The position numbers and the translations under genes are program-made. From positions 259,222,001 through 259,286,000 of the forward strand of contig OZ360219.1 in assembly GCA_977017645.1 (NCBI GenBank): 64,000 nt of DNA, read 5' to 3'. Source of the DNA: Torpedo marmorata. Lineage: Eukaryota. Positions 63,191-64,000 of this stretch are shown in pieces (the stretch's first letter is position 1; each line of letters opens with the position of its first letter). Below the pieces are notes generated by a model. That model saw nothing but the letters and a program-made list of their open reading frames with translations, was not told where the DNA came from and ran no database searches.

Positions 63191-63764
63191 ACAACCATTT
63201 TGCACTGCAAAACCTTCTGACTCTTTGTTGTGATATTCCTTGATGCTGTTTCCCAGTAGACCTTATATTGACTGTATTTGTCCCGATCCCAGGATTATCT
63301 TCGGTGGAGGGTGAGGTCAGGGATGTGGGGAGCTCTCCAGTGGCTGTCTTGAATTTTCCACTCAACACTTTCTCAATTTACATGGTGGCCGATTGAGTAA
63401 AATGTTTTAATTCAGTGGGGTGACCCAAGTGACATCTCAGGTGTTCTGCTCACTGACCAACCACCAATGAGCTTTCTATTCATAATGAGATAATTACTTC
63501 AGTCTTTTTATTTTGAAGCCAAGGGACTGAAACGACTGGAAATATTTTCCTCAGAGAAATTTAAAGATAGATTTAGCTGAAGTAAAATGTAAGCTATGGA
63601 AAAATTGTCTTTGCTCAAATTCACACAATATATAAAAATCATCAGCAGGTCAAGAATATGGTCTGCTACAACATGTTATTTCAGAGGGGTTTTGTTGTTT
63701 ACATTCATTTTCGCAGTTATATTGCAAATGGTAACACTTTCAATAATGTTTTTAATAAGTAATA

Positions 63765-64000
63765 CCAATGCCTTCTTTTCTGTTTTCTTTTTTTAGTTTT
63801 TAGTAAGGGGAGGGAATTAAAGGGAGGGGAAGGGTGGAGGGTGGGGTAGAAATATTATAGGGGGTGGGTTAAGGGAAGGGTTAGATACACTGTAATACAA
63901 ATTATGTTTTTTATCTACTGGAGTTAATGATGTATACTACATATGTTGTACTACTGTGTGAAAATTCAAAATTTAAAATAAAATATTTAAAAAAATAATA
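63765..64000 (+). mobile_element. L1-type 3'UTR, same family as 55065-55340
   Basis: Shared ttttagtttttagtaaggggagggaatt..agggtggagggtggg and A-rich end. Confidence 0.75.

Overview
Eukaryotic, transposon-saturated DNA, very likely from a cartilaginous fish: it carries HE1/V-SINE-like SINEs, CR1 LINEs with an esterase ORF1, Rex1/Babar and L1 LINEs, and Penelope-like elements. No host gene can be called with confidence; there is one weak exon candidate at 41.6 kb. Three LTR elements have both LTRs and target-site duplications (TSDs): a short-LTR Gypsy element (518-7048, minus strand) with a self-complementary primer site; a Gmr1-type Gypsy element with integrase before RT (14317-22165); and a decayed class III (ERV-S/ERV-L-like) endogenous retrovirus with a tRNA-Ser PBS (46017-57931). 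The main discovery candidate lies in that provirus. The env position shows no recognisable retroviral Env motifs. It instead holds a frameshifted, intronless, CR1-interrupted reading frame whose motifs run in the same order as a DEG/ENaC/ASIC channel subunit: TxxHG, TM1, (F/W)P..IxC, GxxxxELLxxxxxF, a Cys-rich thumb, and TM2 SIG..LF.GxS..E. All homology calls are by-eye motif recognition, not database searches, and boundaries of old remnants are approximate.
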